Source of the DNA: Candidatus Saccharimonadales bacterium
GTDB lineage: Bacteria; Patescibacteriota; Saccharimonadia; Saccharimonadales; JBBQYC01
DNA length: 55,661 nucleotides
NCBI GenBank assembly: GCA_038209015.1
Contig: JBBQYC010000002.1
Coordinates: forward strand, 1-55,661
Direction of reading: 5' to 3'
Below the pieces are notes generated by a model. That model searched no databases. It saw only the letters and a list, made by a program, of their open reading frames with translations, and had not been told where the DNA came from. This document shows, in pieces, positions 53,891 through 55,661 of this stretch. Position numbers and translations under genes: made by a program. Within the stretch, counting starts at the first letter, position 1. Each line of letters begins with the position of its first letter.

Positions 53891-55011
53891 TATCGTACCT
53901 CGTTTACGTTCTTTACAATTATATCAATAGTCCCATCCTTAAACTGTATTTGGAGATGTTGGTTAGATTTGACTTGGCCAATGGATGTAATCGAGGTTGC
54001 CTTATCTCGAACTAATACATAACCGCGCTTTAATACAGTGTCAGGATTAAGCTGATCAAGTAAGGTTGCAGAAGCCTTAAGCTCTGCTTGAGAATGTTTA
54101 ATCAACTGCTTCATTTCGGCCTGTAAATCAGTTTTATATTGTATTATTTCCTGCTTTGAATGTGTTAGAACTGCAAGCAAGTGTGAAGACATATACTGCT
54201 TGTACTGTACCAGCGCCTCTAGTTCTGCTGTACGATCCGGCACTAATAGCTCTGCCGCATTACTGGGAGTACTGGCGCGACGGTCAGCTGCCAGTTCAGC
54301 CAGACATATATCAATTTCATGCCCTATGGCGACCAGAGTGGGTGACCGACTTCCGGCGACTGCTCGGGTAACCTGTTCCGTGTTAAAAGCTGCGAGATCA
54401 TCTGCGCTCCCTCCGCCACGGGTAAGGACAACAACATCTGGAGGATGAGCGGAAGTATTGAACACATCAAAAGCTTTCATGATATCCGTGACCGCTTGAT
54501 CACCTTGTACCTGCACGTCTAAGTGATCAATTCTGACACCGCCCCAACGTGAATTAATTATCTTAATAAAATCGGCATAGGCAGCCGACTGTCCGGATGT
54601 GATTAACCCAATCCGGGTTGGTGGGTATGGCAGTACACGCTTGCGATCTTCAGCAAATAATCCTTCTCGTTCTAGTTTTGCTTGCAGCAACTGTGCCGCT
54701 TTGATCAAACTGCCCTCACCGACAGGTGTAATCTGCCGGCACGTAATACTAAACCCGTAGCGAGGATTCATTTGAGGTTGCCCAATAACACGGAGCATCA
54801 TGCCGTCTTCGAGTGGTCCAGGCAGATTGTAGACCGTCCCAAAAAACTTAACACTGGCATATTCATCTTTGAGATCAAAATAGACCCATTTTCCCTTGCT
54901 AACTTTATAGTTCGCGAGCTCCCCTTCAATCTGAACAGTCGGGTAGGCAAACTCCAGCGTTTGATTCAACGCAGACACAAAGTCCGAAGGAGTAATTATT
55001 ATATCCTGCAT
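53890..55011 (-). CDS. xseA: exodeoxyribonuclease VII large subunit
   Basis: The OB-fold N-terminus is VQIEGELANYKVSKGKWVYFDLKD. The catalytic region reads IGLITSGQSAAYADF...LTRGGGSADDL. Confidence 0.88.
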   Translation of the reverse strand: MQDIIITPSDFVSALNQTLEFAYPTVQIEGELANYKVSKGKWVYFDLKDEYASVKFFGTVYNLPGPLEDGMMLRVIGQPQMNPRYGFSITCRQITPVGEGSLIKAAQLLQAKLEREGLFAEDRKRVLPYPPTRIGLITSGQSAAYADFIKIINSRWGGVRIDHLDVQVQGDQAVTDIMKAFDVFNTSAHPPDVVVLTRGGGSADDLAAFNTEQVTRAVAGSRSPTLVAIGHEIDICLAELAADRRASTPSNAAELLVPDRTAELEALVQYKQYMSSHLLAVLTHSKQEIIQYKTDLQAEMKQLIKHSQAELKASATLLDQLNPDTVLKRGYVLVRDKATSITSIGQVKSNQHLQIQFKDGTIDIIVKNVNEVR

Positions 55012-55031
55012 ATTGTTACTCTAGCACTCTA

Positions 55032-55661
55032 TTAAGAATTATTTTCTTGAAGCTTGGCTATGGCTTGTTCAAACTTTTTATTATCGTGCAAGTTTTTCTG
55101 ATAGAAGTAATAGCCTGGCGGTAACTGAATACCCATACTTACAACACGAAATGCAATAACAACTGGCAAGCTAATCCCAGGCGGCACGCCAGCGGCTGCA
55201 AATACACCTGTCATAAGCCCTTCATATATACCGATGCCGCCCGGCAAAATAGACACAATACCGGCAAAATTTGCTACAGCATAGGCAATGATAATAGCGC
55301 CAGGATTGATGAGATACCCAAAAGCTGCAAACACTGAAAAAATTGCCGTGATTTCAAGTATGTTCGCCATAAGTGCATACCCCAGCGGCTGCTTAAGCTG
55401 ACGGATATTACGTTTTAATAACTGATAATTTTCATGGAGCTCGGTAAACACTCTCTCGACTCGGGTGATACTTATAGTTTCAGGATGTTTTGGCCGAATG
55501 ACATGAATAAGCCTATTGAGCCCACGAGTGAAACCAGTAAAGAATGCGTTCATTCGCTGCTTGTTGCTAATAAGATACAGAACAAGTGCGGTGCCAACAA
55601 ACAAGAGTGTAGCTAGGCTACCGGCTACCAACATAACAAAATTACTTGCATCGCCGCTGAA
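55032..55661 (-). CDS. UPF0104/LPG-synthase-TM-like flippase-like membrane protein (5' end outside the window)
   Basis: PGGIGIYEGLMTGVFAAAGVPPGISLPVVIAFRVVS. The reading frame is still open at the window edge. Confidence 0.6.
   Translation of the reverse strand, partial: FSGDASNFVMLVAGSLATLLFVGTALVLYLISNKQRMNAFFTGFTRGLNRLIHVIRPKHPETISITRVERVFTELHENYQLLKRNIRQLKQPLGYALMANILEITAIFSVFAAFGYLINPGAIIIAYAVANFAGIVSILPGGIGIYEGLMTGVFAAAGVPPGISLPVVIAFRVVSMGIQLPPGYYFYQKNLHDNKKFEQAIAKLQENNS

Noticed and set aside
1-55661. I looked for CRISPR arrays, rRNA genes, reverse transcriptases (retron, DGR, group II intron), transposases and known defence-system genes.
   Set aside because: I found no regularly spaced 25-40-bp repeats, no YxDD-type ORF, no DDE or HUH transposase-like ORF and no rRNA-like sequence by eye. 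The absence is not proven without searches.

Overview
This is a densely coding 55.7-kb chromosomal segment that uses the standard code: TGA, TAA and TAG all terminate credible ORFs. The gene content includes a stripped-down dcw cluster, der, pth, dprA, topA, glyQS, recO, xseAB, many small membrane-anchored hypotheticals and REC-only regulators. I would guess a small-genome Patescibacteria/CPR (Saccharibacteria-like) bacterium, but that is inference only. All calls rest on reading the sequence and ORF translations by eye; no searches, folding or statistics were run.

The window has two parts.

(1) Positions ~1-13.1 kb are an accessory island next to a tRNA-Glu(CUC).
- An intact large serine recombinase has a 3' end that overlaps the tRNA 3' end on the opposite strand.
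- The island also carries a replication-relaxation protein, a DUF2958 protein and an XRE repressor.
- Its cargo is a 1056-aa repetitive surface protein plus a GtrA / GT2 / GT-C-TPR glycosylation trio.
- The far-left end holds a decayed older module, which is a recombinase C-terminal remnant bounded by 18-bp direct repeats.

(2) Positions ~13.5-55.7 kb are core housekeeping genes interrupted by small oddities.

The observations I consider most worth follow-up:
- A 1.7-kb, recombinase-less four-gene cassette is inserted into the 3' end of der. It is flanked by 107-bp direct repeats, and the displaced original der tail is still in frame.
- A mosaic copy of the tRNA-Glu 5' two-thirds, interrupted by clean hairpin insertions, lies just upstream of the real tRNA.
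- A ~450-nt leader or sRNA region ends in tandem terminator hairpins immediately before a start codon.
- The cassette has a consensus promoter and a leader carrying an anti-Shine-Dalgarno sequence.
- A response regulator carries a ~460-aa Pro/Ala/Gln-rich tail.

No CRISPR array, rRNA, reverse transcriptase or recognisable defence system was seen.
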